Assembly: GCA_021819135.1 (NCBI GenBank)
Contig: JAKASE010000006.1
Location: 18,165-82,164, forward strand
Source of the DNA: Thermoplasmata archaeon
GTDB lineage: Archaea; Thermoplasmatota; Thermoplasmata; Lutacidiplasmatales; UBA184
Length of the DNA: 64,000 nucleotides
Reading direction: 5' to 3'
In this document: piece after piece, positions 49,032 through 60,126 of the stretch
How positions within the stretch are numbered: the stretch's first letter is position 1
Layout of the letters: the number at the start of each line of letters is the position of its first letter
Notes under the pieces: model-generated
The model's input: only the letters and a program-made list of their open reading frames with translations
What the model was told of the DNA's origin: nothing
Database searches by the model: none
Translations under genes and position numbers: made by a program

Positions 49032-50576
49032 TCAGACGATCGGGGTCAGGACGGCGTGCGGGAGCCCCTTCTCGGGGTTCGGGCTGATCGCGTGGATCGT
49101 CGTCCGGGGCCGGATCCCGTAGATGCACGGGGTGTTGTCGAGGTTGATGATGCGGAAGTACGTGTCCATCATGTTGAGGATCTCGCTCGACACGAGCAGG
49201 CCGGGCTTGAGCAGGCCGATCCCGAGGTTCCCGACGTGCTTGGTCCGCGATACCCCCTGGAAGTACATCCGGATCGCGACCTGGTCGCCCATCAGGCTCT
49301 CGAAGGTGTCGAATCCCGTGTACTCCACGAACGGCTTGCGCTCGGGGCCGGCGACCGCCTTCTCCGCGGTCACCATCGCGCGCATCGCCTCCTCCCGCCC
49401 GAAGCGGGCCATCGGGAGGATGTACGGCTCCTCGGTCTCGGTGGCGGAATAGTCGGGGATCCGCACCCGGGTGTCGAAGGTGTTCGCGGGGACGTGCCGC
49501 ACAAGCGTTTCCCGGAACTTCTCCGGCGACTCGCCCGCCGCGAGGACCGCGATGATCCCGCGGCCCTGGGAGAGGAAGTTGAGGAACGTCGGGGTGAAGA
49601 GCATCGAATAGTCGTCGATCCCCACGTTGACGTCGACCTCGAACGCGTTGAAGCTGCCCCGGCGGAACCCGCCCCCGAGGAGCGCGTCGAAGTCCGGGAT
49701 GCCGGTCGAGTAGTACCGCTCGGGGTCGGTCGACGGCTTCCAGGCACCGCTCGGGGTGGCGGAGCCTCCCGGGTTGCGGATCCCGAGCGCCTCGAACCGT
49801 CCGCCGTCGAGGGTGACCGCGTACCGGGCCCGTCCGATGCTCGTCGCCCGGAGCTTCTCGAGACGCAGGTGACGGACGCGCCGCTCGTCGAGCTCCTCTC
49901 GCTGGATCGAGATGAGGCCGTCGACGAGGTACTCGATCCCGCCGGCCTCGGGCTTCTCGAGGATCATGACGACGTCCGTGCTGGACCCCTCCACGAGGTC
50001 CTTCTGGAGGGCCATGACGAACTCTTCCATCTCGAGACCGTACTTGTGGGTCACACCCTCGAGGGAGTCGATCACGAGCAGCGACTTCTCGGGGAGGGCG
50101 CGCTCGATGCGATTGTAGACGTTCTCGACCTCGGGCATCGGGCTCCGCTTCAGGAGCGCCTGGAGATGGGCGCGGTCGACGCGGGTCGGTGGTCCGCGCT
50201 CCTGGCCGAAGCTGCCGAGGACCTCCTTGCCCGCCCGCACCTTCCGCTGCTCGGACTCGGGCAGCTCGACGTCGTGGGGCTTGCCGGTCGCGTTGATCGC
50301 GTCGAGGAAGAGCTTCGCCGCGTCGAGGACGCGCGTGCGCATTTCGGTCGTCTTGAGCCACGGGAACTGGCGGTAGAGCGCCTCGTCCCCGACCCGCGTG
50401 GAGAGATAGTACGAGCGGCTCGGCTGGCCGACCCGCTCGAGGAGCTCGAGCCCGAACGTCGTCTTGCCCGTACCGGCCCCACCCTTGACGATGAGCGACC
50501 GGCCCCCCTTCCCGCTCAGGAAGGTGACGACCTCCGTCGGGACCCCTCCCACCGTGCTGCCTTCGCTAGCGCTCAT
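49032..50576 (-). CDS. GvpD-like/KaiC(RAD55)-family two-domain P-loop ATPase
   Basis: SLIVKGGAGTGKT, YLSTRV, VIDS, EYLVDG, LEKLR; degenerate second domain STGIPDFD.LLGGG. Confidence 0.82.
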   Translation of the reverse strand: MSASEGSTVGGVPTEVVTFLSGKGGRSLIVKGGAGTGKTTFGLELLERVGQPSRSYYLSTRVGDEALYRQFPWLKTTEMRTRVLDAAKLFLDAINATGKPHDVELPESEQRKVRAGKEVLGSFGQERGPPTRVDRAHLQALLKRSPMPEVENVYNRIERALPEKSLLVIDSLEGVTHKYGLEMEEFVMALQKDLVEGSSTDVVMILEKPEAGGIEYLVDGLISIQREELDERRVRHLRLEKLRATSIGRARYAVTLDGGRFEALGIRNPGGSATPSGAWKPSTDPERYYSTGIPDFDALLGGGFRRGSFNAFEVDVNVGIDDYSMLFTPTFLNFLSQGRGIIAVLAAGESPEKFRETLVRHVPANTFDTRVRIPDYSATETEEPYILPMARFGREEAMRAMVTAEKAVAGPERKPFVEYTGFDTFESLMGDQVAIRMYFQGVSRTKHVGNLGIGLLKPGLLVSSEILNMMDTYFRIINLDNTPCIYGIRPRTTIHAISPNPEKGLPHAVLTPIV

Positions 50577-50750
50577 AGTGACCCGGGAGGGCAGGGCTCG
50601 GTCGTTGGTTCGATTGACCGACGAGCCATTCCACGTCCCGTGCCTTCATGGGCACCTTCGGGGAGTAAAAGGTTTCGGACGAATCGCGGAGCCCGTCGGG
50701 GGGCCCGGAGCCGCCCGGTCCGGCGTTCCCGCCCGTCGGGCCGAACGGCC

Positions 50751-53324
50751 TCAGGAGGTCGCGGCGCCCGCCCGCTCGCGGGCCGCGCGTCGGGCCGCTT
50801 CGAACGCCCGGCCGAGCGGGGCCCCCGGCTCGCCGACCACGGTGGCCGCCGCCGGGCTTCCGCCTCCCTTACCGCCGAACTCCGACTTCGTCACGCCCGC
50901 GATGTCGACCGCCGACACCCCCGAGGCCGTGGACCCGACGAAGATCGTCCCCCGGCCCTCCTGCTCGGCGGCGAGCACGACGACCCGGTCCGGCCGGACC
51001 GAGAGGAGGCGGGAGAGCTCCATCAGCTCCGTCCGGTCGAGGTCCTGGCGGCTCGCGATCAGCGTGGTGCCCCCGACCGTCTCGGTCGTGCTGGGGTCGG
51101 TGAGGAGCCGTTCGGCGATGACCCCGAGGCTCTCCTTGCGCCGGGCCTGGGACTGCTTGCGGCTCTCCTCGATCTCCTGGAGGAGACGATCGATGCCGTC
51201 CGGCAGGCGCGCGACCGGGACCCCGAGACGCCGGGAGGCCTCCCGGAGGATCTCCTCGTGCTCCTCCCGGATCTCGAGGGCCCGCTCCCCGCTCGCGTAG
51301 GTGAGACGGACGACCCCGTCCTGGATCCGCTCCACATCGAGGATCTCGATCGCCCCGACCTCGCTCGTGTGGGTGCAGTGCGTGCCTCCGCACGCCTCGA
51401 CGTCGAACCCCTCGACCTCGACGATCCGGATCTCGCGCCCGGGTACGGCCCCTCCCTGGTAGAGCGTGAAGCCGAACCGCCGCTCCGCCTCCGCGCGGGA
51501 CTCGAAGTAGCTCTTCACCGGCCGGTCCTCCCGGACCACCCGGTTCACCCGGCGGTCGATCCGGGTCAGCTCCTCCTTCGTGAGCGGCCGGTAATGGGTG
51601 ATGTCGATGCGGGCCGACTCCGGCGACTTGAACGCCCCCGCCTGCCACACGTGGGGCCCGAGGACCTCCCGGAGCGCCCCGTTCATGAGATGCGTCGCGG
51701 TGTGGTGCTGCATCAGCTGGGTGCGTCGTACCGGGTCGACCCGGCCGTGCACCCGGTCTCCCGGACGGAACGGGGACTCCCGCTCGAGCTGGTGAAGGAC
51801 GTGCGGCCCCCGCCAGGCGACCTCGACGACCTCGAGATCGCCGAGGTGACCCCGGTCGGTGACCTGCCCGCCGCCGGTCGGGTAGAAGTAGGTCCGGTCG
51901 AGCGCGACGAACCGGCCCTCGGCGAAGACGACGTGGGCGTCGAACGCCACGGTGTATGGGTCGAGGTAGTAGAGGACCTGGGTCGCGGGGATCCCGAGGG
52001 GCACCTCCGGTAGCCCCTCGGTCTTCTCCTCGTACCCGGTCGCCGGCCGCTCGTTCTCGTGCCGCGTGGCGATGCGGGCGTAGAAGTCCTCGGGGATCGC
52101 GGGGGGGTTCTCGAGGTCCTCGACGGCGACCTCGGGAGGAACGCCGAGCGAGTCGTACCACTCGAGGAGGTTCTCCTCGGTGACCCGTCCGCCCGTGGAG
52201 CGAAGCCGCTCCTCGGTCCGACGGATCGTCTGCCGGGCGCGTCCGACCGATTCGGAGTACTTCTCGAGCTCCGCCCGGACGACCTCGTGGAGGTCGTCCC
52301 GATGCGCGCCGATCTCGGGGAAGTCCCGGGCGATCTCCCGGGCCGAGCGGTCCAGGATCGCGATCAGGTCCGGCGCCTCGGGGACCCGGGTGAGGATCCG
52401 CTGCGCCCGCCTCAGGAGCAGCCGCGCGAAGTACCCTTCCTTGCTGTTCGACGGGACGACCCCGTCGGTGAGGAGGAAGTTGAGCGCGCGCGCATGGTCG
52501 ATCAGGATCGCCGTCTCCCGGGCCGGGAAGGTGCGACGGAGCTCGTCGTACTCGCCCGCGAACACCGCCTCGTAGGCGGTCTTCGTGCCCTGGCTCGCCC
52601 ACACGAACCGCTCGAGGCCATAGCCGGTATCGACGACGGTGAGCGGCATCGGCGTGAGCCGGTCGCCGTTCCGCACGTACTCCATGAAGACGAGCGTCGC
52701 GACCTCGAGGCCGCTGATCCCCACGCTGAGGGATGGGCCGAGGTTCCCGCCGCCCTCCCAGACCTCTTCCTTGTAGGTGATCGACGCGGGGTCGGTCCCG
52801 AGGTCCTGGGTCAGGAGCTCGTGGCAGTACTCCGTGCACCGGTCCTTGAAGTAGACCTCGTGATCGGGCCGGTTGAACGCGTGGTGGGCCATCATCTCGA
52901 ACAGCGTGAAGTGGCGACCGCTCCGCCCGACCTCCTCGAGGTCGATGAACCGGAGCGCCGGCTGGCTGATCACGAGGGGGTTCGCGGGCGGCGGCGTCGC
53001 GCCGCTCGTCACCCACGGCTGGAAGTCATAGATCGACGCCTGCGTGAAGAAGACGTCGTTCCGCCAGCGCGCGACGGTCGGATATCGTCGCAGCCGCGTG
53101 TGCCCGCGCGTCTCGAAGAAGGTGAGGAACGCCTCGCGCATCTCGGCGAGCGGGTACGGGCGGGCGAAGATCGGGTGGCCGATGAACCCGTAGTCCCGGC
53201 ACGGCGCCTCCTGGCAGCGGTCGTGGTCCCCGAGGGTCCAGAACGCCTGCCCGCAGACGACGCAGGCCCGGCGGTGGAACCCCTCGCGATGGAAGAACGG
53301 GAGGTCGTACTCGGCGTCGTCCAT
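50751..53324 (-). CDS. alaS: Alanyl-tRNA synthetase (archaeal type)
   Basis: N-terminal CxxC, ASIYDFQP, FEMMAHH, DTGYGLER, HTATH, CGGTH, GKGGG. Confidence 0.97.
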   Translation of the reverse strand: MDDAEYDLPFFHREGFHRRACVVCGQAFWTLGDHDRCQEAPCRDYGFIGHPIFARPYPLAEMREAFLTFFETRGHTRLRRYPTVARWRNDVFFTQASIYDFQPWVTSGATPPPANPLVISQPALRFIDLEEVGRSGRHFTLFEMMAHHAFNRPDHEVYFKDRCTEYCHELLTQDLGTDPASITYKEEVWEGGGNLGPSLSVGISGLEVATLVFMEYVRNGDRLTPMPLTVVDTGYGLERFVWASQGTKTAYEAVFAGEYDELRRTFPARETAILIDHARALNFLLTDGVVPSNSKEGYFARLLLRRAQRILTRVPEAPDLIAILDRSAREIARDFPEIGAHRDDLHEVVRAELEKYSESVGRARQTIRRTEERLRSTGGRVTEENLLEWYDSLGVPPEVAVEDLENPPAIPEDFYARIATRHENERPATGYEEKTEGLPEVPLGIPATQVLYYLDPYTVAFDAHVVFAEGRFVALDRTYFYPTGGGQVTDRGHLGDLEVVEVAWRGPHVLHQLERESPFRPGDRVHGRVDPVRRTQLMQHHTATHLMNGALREVLGPHVWQAGAFKSPESARIDITHYRPLTKEELTRIDRRVNRVVREDRPVKSYFESRAEAERRFGFTLYQGGAVPGREIRIVEVEGFDVEACGGTHCTHTSEVGAIEILDVERIQDGVVRLTYASGERALEIREEHEEILREASRRLGVPVARLPDGIDRLLQEIEESRKQSQARRKESLGVIAERLLTDPSTTETVGGTTLIASRQDLDRTELMELSRLLSVRPDRVVVLAAEQEGRGTIFVGSTASGVSAVDIAGVTKSEFGGKGGGSPAAATVVGEPGAPLGRAFEAARRAARERAGAATS

Positions 53325-53424
53325 CGTACCGGGCCGACATGCGCCGTATCTTAAGAGGTTCGGAGGGTCCGTCGCGACCCGACGACCGCGGCCGGTCCGC
53401 GGAGCGGTTCGGGAGCGAGCGACG

Positions 53425-54678
53425 ATGGCAGACGGCCCGGCCGAGCCCTTGGCGCCGGGGTCCGTCCGGCGGGCGACGCTGGTCCTGATCGCGCTCCGCG
53501 TCGGCTACGCGTACAACTGGTTCTCCGTGGGGCCGGCCCTCCCGTCGATCGGCGCGGAGTTCTCCGTCGGCCCGGCGGAGTGGGGGGTCCTGGTCGCGGC
53601 GTTCCTGGTCGGCGCCGGACTGTTCCAGGTGCCCGCCGGCTTCCTCTCGCGCCGGTACGGGGCCCGGTCGATCTCCCTCGCGGGGGTCGCCCTCCTCGCC
53701 ATCGGGGCCCTCGCCGGTGCGCTCGCCCCGTCGTACGCCTTCCTCCTCGCGAGCCGTATCGCCGCGGGGGTCGGCGCGGCCCTGTTCTTCTCCCCCGCGA
53801 TCGGGCTGGTCGCGAGCCTCTACCCTCCCGGGCGTCGGGGCCTACCGGTGGGAACGTTCAGCTCCGCGTTCAGCGCCGGCGCGGGCCTCGGCGTCCTGGG
53901 GAGCTCGCTCCTGATCCCCGAGATCGGCTGGCGGGGCGCGATCGCGTTCGGCGGCCTCCTCCTCGGGGCGATCGTCCTCGTGGCCCTTCGTGCGGTGCCG
54001 AAGGCCGCGGGCGCCCCTACTCCGCGGCCGATCCGCCCGTCCGGACGGCTCCCGATCGCCCTGCGGTACCGGGGGGTCTGGGCGGTGGGGGTGGCGTTCG
54101 TCGGGGTGGAGGGGGCCTCCTTCGCGACGGGCCAGTTCATCGTGCCGTACGGGGAAGCGGTCGAGGGATGGTCGATCGCGCTCGCCGGCGTCGTCGGGAT
54201 GATGTTCGTCCTGCCGAGCTTCTTCGGAGGCCCCGTCGGCGGGCCGATGGCCGAGCGGTTCCGCAACCACCGGGCCCAGCTCGCCGGGACCTCGGTGCTC
54301 GTCGGCGGGCTCCTCGCGCTGGTCCCGTTCTCCGGGCTCGGGGCGGTGATCGCGATCGGGATCGCGTTCTCGTTCGGCTACGGGGTCATCTACGCCGTGA
54401 TGTACGTGATCCCGCACTTCTGGACCGAGATCCCCCCGGAGGAGGTCCCGCTCGCGATCGGCCTGTTCAACTCGATCCAGCTTGCCGGCGGGGCCCTCGT
54501 CTCCGCGCTGTTCGGCTGGGTCGTCTCGGTGCGGTCCTACGCGTTCGCCTGGGAGGTCCTGGCGCTCGGGGTCGTCGCGTTCCTGCTGGCCCTGCTCGCC
54601 CTGCCCGCGACCCGGCCGGACGGGGCCCGTCCTCCGGCCGTGGCGGCGACGTTCCGGCCCGGAGCGCCCGACCCGTAG
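53425..54678 (+). CDS. MFS transporter
   Basis: About 12 hydrophobic segments; motif A-like GFLSRRYGAR. Confidence 0.9.
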   Translation: MADGPAEPLAPGSVRRATLVLIALRVGYAYNWFSVGPALPSIGAEFSVGPAEWGVLVAAFLVGAGLFQVPAGFLSRRYGARSISLAGVALLAIGALAGALAPSYAFLLASRIAAGVGAALFFSPAIGLVASLYPPGRRGLPVGTFSSAFSAGAGLGVLGSSLLIPEIGWRGAIAFGGLLLGAIVLVALRAVPKAAGAPTPRPIRPSGRLPIALRYRGVWAVGVAFVGVEGASFATGQFIVPYGEAVEGWSIALAGVVGMMFVLPSFFGGPVGGPMAERFRNHRAQLAGTSVLVGGLLALVPFSGLGAVIAIGIAFSFGYGVIYAVMYVIPHFWTEIPPEEVPLAIGLFNSIQLAGGALVSALFGWVVSVRSYAFAWEVLALGVVAFLLALLALPATRPDGARPPAVAATFRPGAPDP

Positions 54679-55321
54679 CGCATGATCCCGCGATCGGGCA
54701 GACCCCGCACCGGGGCCCGATCGGGCGGCACAGGTTCTGCCCATGCTGGACGAGGAGCGGGTTCAGCGGGATCCAGTACCGGGGATCGACGATCGCGCGC
54801 AGGCGCGCCTCGGTCTCCTCGGGGGTCCGCGTGCGTACGACGCCGAGACGGTTCGCGATCCGGTGGACATGCGTGTCGACCGGGATCGCCGGGATCGCGT
54901 AGCCGAAGACGAGGACACAGTTCGCGGTCTTCGGCCCGACCCCGGGAAGGCCCATGAGCGCCTCGAACGACCGCGGGACCTCGCCGCCGTACCGGTCGAG
55001 GAGCGCCCGGGCGCACGCCCGGATCATCCGGGACTTCACCCGGTAGAACCCCGTCGCCCGGATCAGCGGCTCGATCGACCGGGGGGACGCGCGGGCGAGC
55101 GAGACCGCGTCCGGGTACCGGGCGAACAGCCGCGCGCTCGCGACGTCGGTGTTCGCGTCCCGGGTCCGCTGGGAGAGGATCGTCCCGATGAGCACCTGGA
55201 ACGGATCCTCGGCGTGGTCGCGGAGGTAGGGCCTCCGCCAGTCCCCGGTGCCGTAGAGCGCGCTCAGCCGGTCCAGGATCGACTCCCAGAGGTCGGCCGC
55301 CGGGGTCGGTAGCTCGCCCAT
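54467..55321 (-). CDS. nth: Endonuclease III (HhH-GPD, 4Fe-4S)
   Basis: ILSQRT, LPGVGPKTA, VDTHVHR, C-x6-C-x2-C-x5-C; ATG at 55321. Confidence 0.92.
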   Translation of the reverse strand: MGELPTPAADLWESILDRLSALYGTGDWRRPYLRDHAEDPFQVLIGTILSQRTRDANTDVASARLFARYPDAVSLARASPRSIEPLIRATGFYRVKSRMIRACARALLDRYGGEVPRSFEALMGLPGVGPKTANCVLVFGYAIPAIPVDTHVHRIANRLGVVRTRTPEETEARLRAIVDPRYWIPLNPLLVQHGQNLCRPIGPRCGVCPIAGSCATGRALRAGTSPPRPEDGPRPAGSRAGRAGPAGTRRPRAPGPPRRTRRTAPRRPSRTARRRGPRRQAGSS

Positions 55322-56757
55322 TACCGGTGCCGGTCCCTCGGCGGTGATTCGGCGGCCGCGGCCGCGAGGAGGGGGGGCGGGCCGAGACCGGGGTCCGAGA
55401 GGTCGGGCTCGCTCTCGTCGACGCGCATCAGCTCGCCCACCAGGTAGTCGCTGCCGATCACGAGCGTGAACCCGTCGGTCCCGGTGGCGGCCCGCGCGAG
55501 CCCAAGGCCCTCCCCGGCCGAGGGGGCGATCACGATGCGGGGGAAGCGGCCCTGGGCGAACGGCCGGATCTCCTCGGGCCGGAGCCCGCGCTCCGAGCGG
55601 ATCGGGACGAGGACGATCGTCCGTGCGAGCGGGGCGAGCGCGTCCAGGATCCCCGCCACGTCCTTCCCCCCCAGGCACCCGAAGACCACCGCGCTCTCCG
55701 CGGGGTCGGCGAGCGGGGAGACCTCGGCGAGGCTCTGGGCGACCGCCCGGGCGCTCTCCGGGGTGTGCGCGACGTCATAGAACAGCTCCGGGCGTCGCGA
55801 GACCCGCTCGAGACGGCCGGGCCACCGAAGGCCGGCGAACGCCTTGCGGACGCGCGATGCGTCCACGGCGGTCCCGGTCGACGCGAGGAACGCGACCGCC
55901 GCGCCGAAGGCAAGCGCGGCGTTCCCGGGCTGGAACCGGCCGATGAGGGGGAGGTGTACCCCGTCCACGGTGTGGCCGGGGGCGGCGAGGGAGAACGACT
56001 GCCCGTCCTCGAAGAGGGACCGCCCGTCGAACCGGACCTCCCCCCCGAGGGTCCAGAGCGGCACGCCGAGCCGGGCCGCCTCGGCCCGGACCACCCGGTC
56101 GGCCTCGGGCGGCAGTTCGCCCACCAGGCCCCGCACGCCGGCATGGAGGATACCGACCTTCTCCCCCGCGATCGCCGAGAGGGTGGGGCCGAGGACGTCC
56201 GTGTGCTCGAGCTCGATCGTCGTCAGGACCCCGACCCGCGTTTCGAGGACGTTCGTGGCGTCGAGGCGGCCGCCGATCCCCACCTCCACCACGATGGCGT
56301 CCGCCTTCTGGGCCCGGAACCAGTCGAGCGCGAGGACCGTGGTCACCTCGAAGAAGGTCGGGGCCCGGTCGATCGCTCCGCTCCGCTCGAGATCCTGGGC
56401 GAGCGACTCGATCCGGGCGATCCCCCGGACGACGGCGCTCGGGGGGATCAACCGCCTGTCGAGGCGGATCCGTTCGCGGTAGCTCACGAGGTGGGGGGAG
56501 GTGAACAGGCCGGTCCGGAGGCCGTGCGCGGAGAGGATCGCCTGGACCATCGCCGCCACCGACCCCTTGCCCTTGCTGCCGGTGATGTGGACGGCGGGCA
56601 GCGTCCGTTCGGGGTGGCCGAGCGCGTCGAGGAGGGCCCGGGTCACCTCAAGGCCGGGGCGCATCCCGAACCGTCGGCGACGGAACAGACGCTCGAGCGC
56701 CTCACGGTACTCTTCCGGCCCCACGGGTCCCCTTCGCCCAACCGGCCGGCCGCTCAC
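55321..56757 (-). CDS. folC: Folylpolyglutamate synthase family ligase
   Basis: HITGSKGKGS, TSPHL..YRERI, EVGIGGRLDATN, WPGRLE, DVAH. Confidence 0.92.
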   Translation of the reverse strand: MSGRPVGRRGPVGPEEYREALERLFRRRRFGMRPGLEVTRALLDALGHPERTLPAVHITGSKGKGSVAAMVQAILSAHGLRTGLFTSPHLVSYRERIRLDRRLIPPSAVVRGIARIESLAQDLERSGAIDRAPTFFEVTTVLALDWFRAQKADAIVVEVGIGGRLDATNVLETRVGVLTTIELEHTDVLGPTLSAIAGEKVGILHAGVRGLVGELPPEADRVVRAEAARLGVPLWTLGGEVRFDGRSLFEDGQSFSLAAPGHTVDGVHLPLIGRFQPGNAALAFGAAVAFLASTGTAVDASRVRKAFAGLRWPGRLERVSRRPELFYDVAHTPESARAVAQSLAEVSPLADPAESAVVFGCLGGKDVAGILDALAPLARTIVLVPIRSERGLRPEEIRPFAQGRFPRIVIAPSAGEGLGLARAATGTDGFTLVIGSDYLVGELMRVDESEPDLSDPGLGPPPLLAAAAAESPPRDRHR

Positions 56758-56769
56758 GCGTCGCTCGCC

Positions 56770-58491
<1,722 letters not shown>

Positions 58492-58564
58492 CGACGCGTC
58501 GAGAGCGTGGTTCGGCTTAAAACGTGATGCGGGGGGTCACGGGAGGGAGGGCTCGGTTCCGCCC

Positions 58565-59317
58565 CTACAGGGACCGGAGGAGACCGACCAGGTCGGAGCG
58601 TCCGCGCCGCCGGACAGGCCAACCGAGCGCGCGGGCGAAGCGCGGGAACGCCTGGCCGGTCCAGACGGTGTTGTCGGCCAGGACGACCGCGGGAACGGCG
58701 AGCCGGGGGTGCACGGTCTCGAGCTCGAACGTGAGATGCCGGGGCGTGTGCCGGCTGTCGTGGAGGAATATCCCGATCGAGGGGAGCTCCCGCACGAGTT
58801 CGGGGAGGACCTCCTCGCTCGCGCCGATCCGCAGGTCCCAGCCCCGACGCAGCTCTTCCGGGACGGCCCAGCCGGTCTCCCGTCCCGGCGGGAGCGCCAC
58901 CGGCGACTCGTTCGGTCGGAACTTGGCGCCTCGCTGGGGGAGCGGCCGGTCGACCGAGTGGAGCGTGCCGCCTCCGTTCTGGCGCAGCGCGAGCAAGAAG
59001 TGCGCGGAGGAGACGCCGCTGCTCACCCCGGTCTCCACCACGTGGTCGGGTCGGAGCAGCCGGACCAATGCGTAGGCCTCGAACGGGGCCCGGAACTGCG
59101 CGTAGTGCGCGCGCCCCCCTTCGCGGTGTCGGCGACGGATCTCGGCCTCCACCGCCGCGAACCCGTCGAGCTCGGAGAGCACCGAAGCGATCGCCCCGGG
59201 GTCCGCGCCCGAGAGCTCCCGGAGCCATCGGAGGTTCGGTCGGGCCCGGGGGTCCCCGAGCGCCCGGTAGGCATGTCCGGCCGGTCCGGTCGTCCGACGT
59301 CGAGTCGTGGGCATCAC
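58565..59317 (-). CDS. Class I SAM-dependent methyltransferase (Methyltransf_24-like)
   Basis: VVETGVSSGVSS, SVD, FLHDSRH, ADN. Confidence 0.85.
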   Translation of the reverse strand: MMPTTRRRTTGPAGHAYRALGDPRARPNLRWLRELSGADPGAIASVLSELDGFAAVEAEIRRRHREGGRAHYAQFRAPFEAYALVRLLRPDHVVETGVSSGVSSAHFLLALRQNGGGTLHSVDRPLPQRGAKFRPNESPVALPPGRETGWAVPEELRRGWDLRIGASEEVLPELVRELPSIGIFLHDSRHTPRHLTFELETVHPRLAVPAVVLADNTVWTGQAFPRFARALGWPVRRRGRSDLVGLLRSL

Positions 59318-59417
59318 GCAGGGTTACCCGCCCCGGTTCAAAGTTTCTCGCTAGGAGCTCCGGCAGGCCCGGCGCGGGCAGAGCCCGTCCGATGCCGGTC
59401 CGATCGCCGCCGGCCGC

Positions 59418-60101
59418 TCACGCTCGCGTCTTCGGCCGAAGCTCCGCCCGGAGGACCATCAGGCGGGAGGTCGACGCCGTCACGACGCTCCGGGTCTCGG
59501 TAAGCTCGATGCGGCGCCGGAAGAAGGGGGCATCGACGACCAGCGACTCGTACTCGCCGCCCTCCCCGGCGATGTGCACGGCGCGCACCGTCCGGCTGCG
59601 CCGCTCGAGCTCCGCCGCGAGGGCGTCGTCGAGACGGCGGCCGAGCAGGTCGGGGGTCAGCGACTCCGCCGACAGGTGGACGAGGCGGATGTCGAGCCCC
59701 GCGGCGATCTCCTCCCGGACGACGCGGGCGGGACCGACCCTCCAGAGCGGCGCGTACACCCGCCGGCCGAGCCCGTCCGCGACCCGGAGGACCCGGGACC
59801 ACTGGTACGACGAGGCGATCGCCCCCACGACGACCGGTCCGCGAGCCCCCGAGAGCGCGGCACGGAGCGCCCCGAGCTCCGCCTCCTCCGAGGAACCTTC
59901 GACCGTGACCGAGCGGTGCGCCTTCCCCCAGGCCTCGGCCTGGAGAGAGACCAGGTCGAGGTTCGGGGTGTGGAACATCATCGAGTCCGGATCGGAGGGT
60001 CGGAGCGTCACGAGCTCGTCGACCGGCCAGCCCTGCGTGTCCGCAAGGTACGCCGCATAGACCGAGTCCTTGCCTCCCGAGACGAGCGCGGTGACCGTCA
60101 T
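59418..60101 (-). CDS. Diphthine--ammonia ligase (Dph6-like)
   Basis: SGGKDS, SMMFH, GAIASSYQ, PLW, GEGGEYES.V.DAP. Confidence 0.9.
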   Translation of the reverse strand: MTVTALVSGGKDSVYAAYLADTQGWPVDELVTLRPSDPDSMMFHTPNLDLVSLQAEAWGKAHRSVTVEGSSEEAELGALRAALSGARGPVVVGAIASSYQWSRVLRVADGLGRRVYAPLWRVGPARVVREEIAAGLDIRLVHLSAESLTPDLLGRRLDDALAAELERRSRTVRAVHIAGEGGEYESLVVDAPFFRRRIELTETRSVVTASTSRLMVLRAELRPKTRA

Positions 60102-60126
60102 CGCTCACGCCCGGTCGAGGCCGTTC

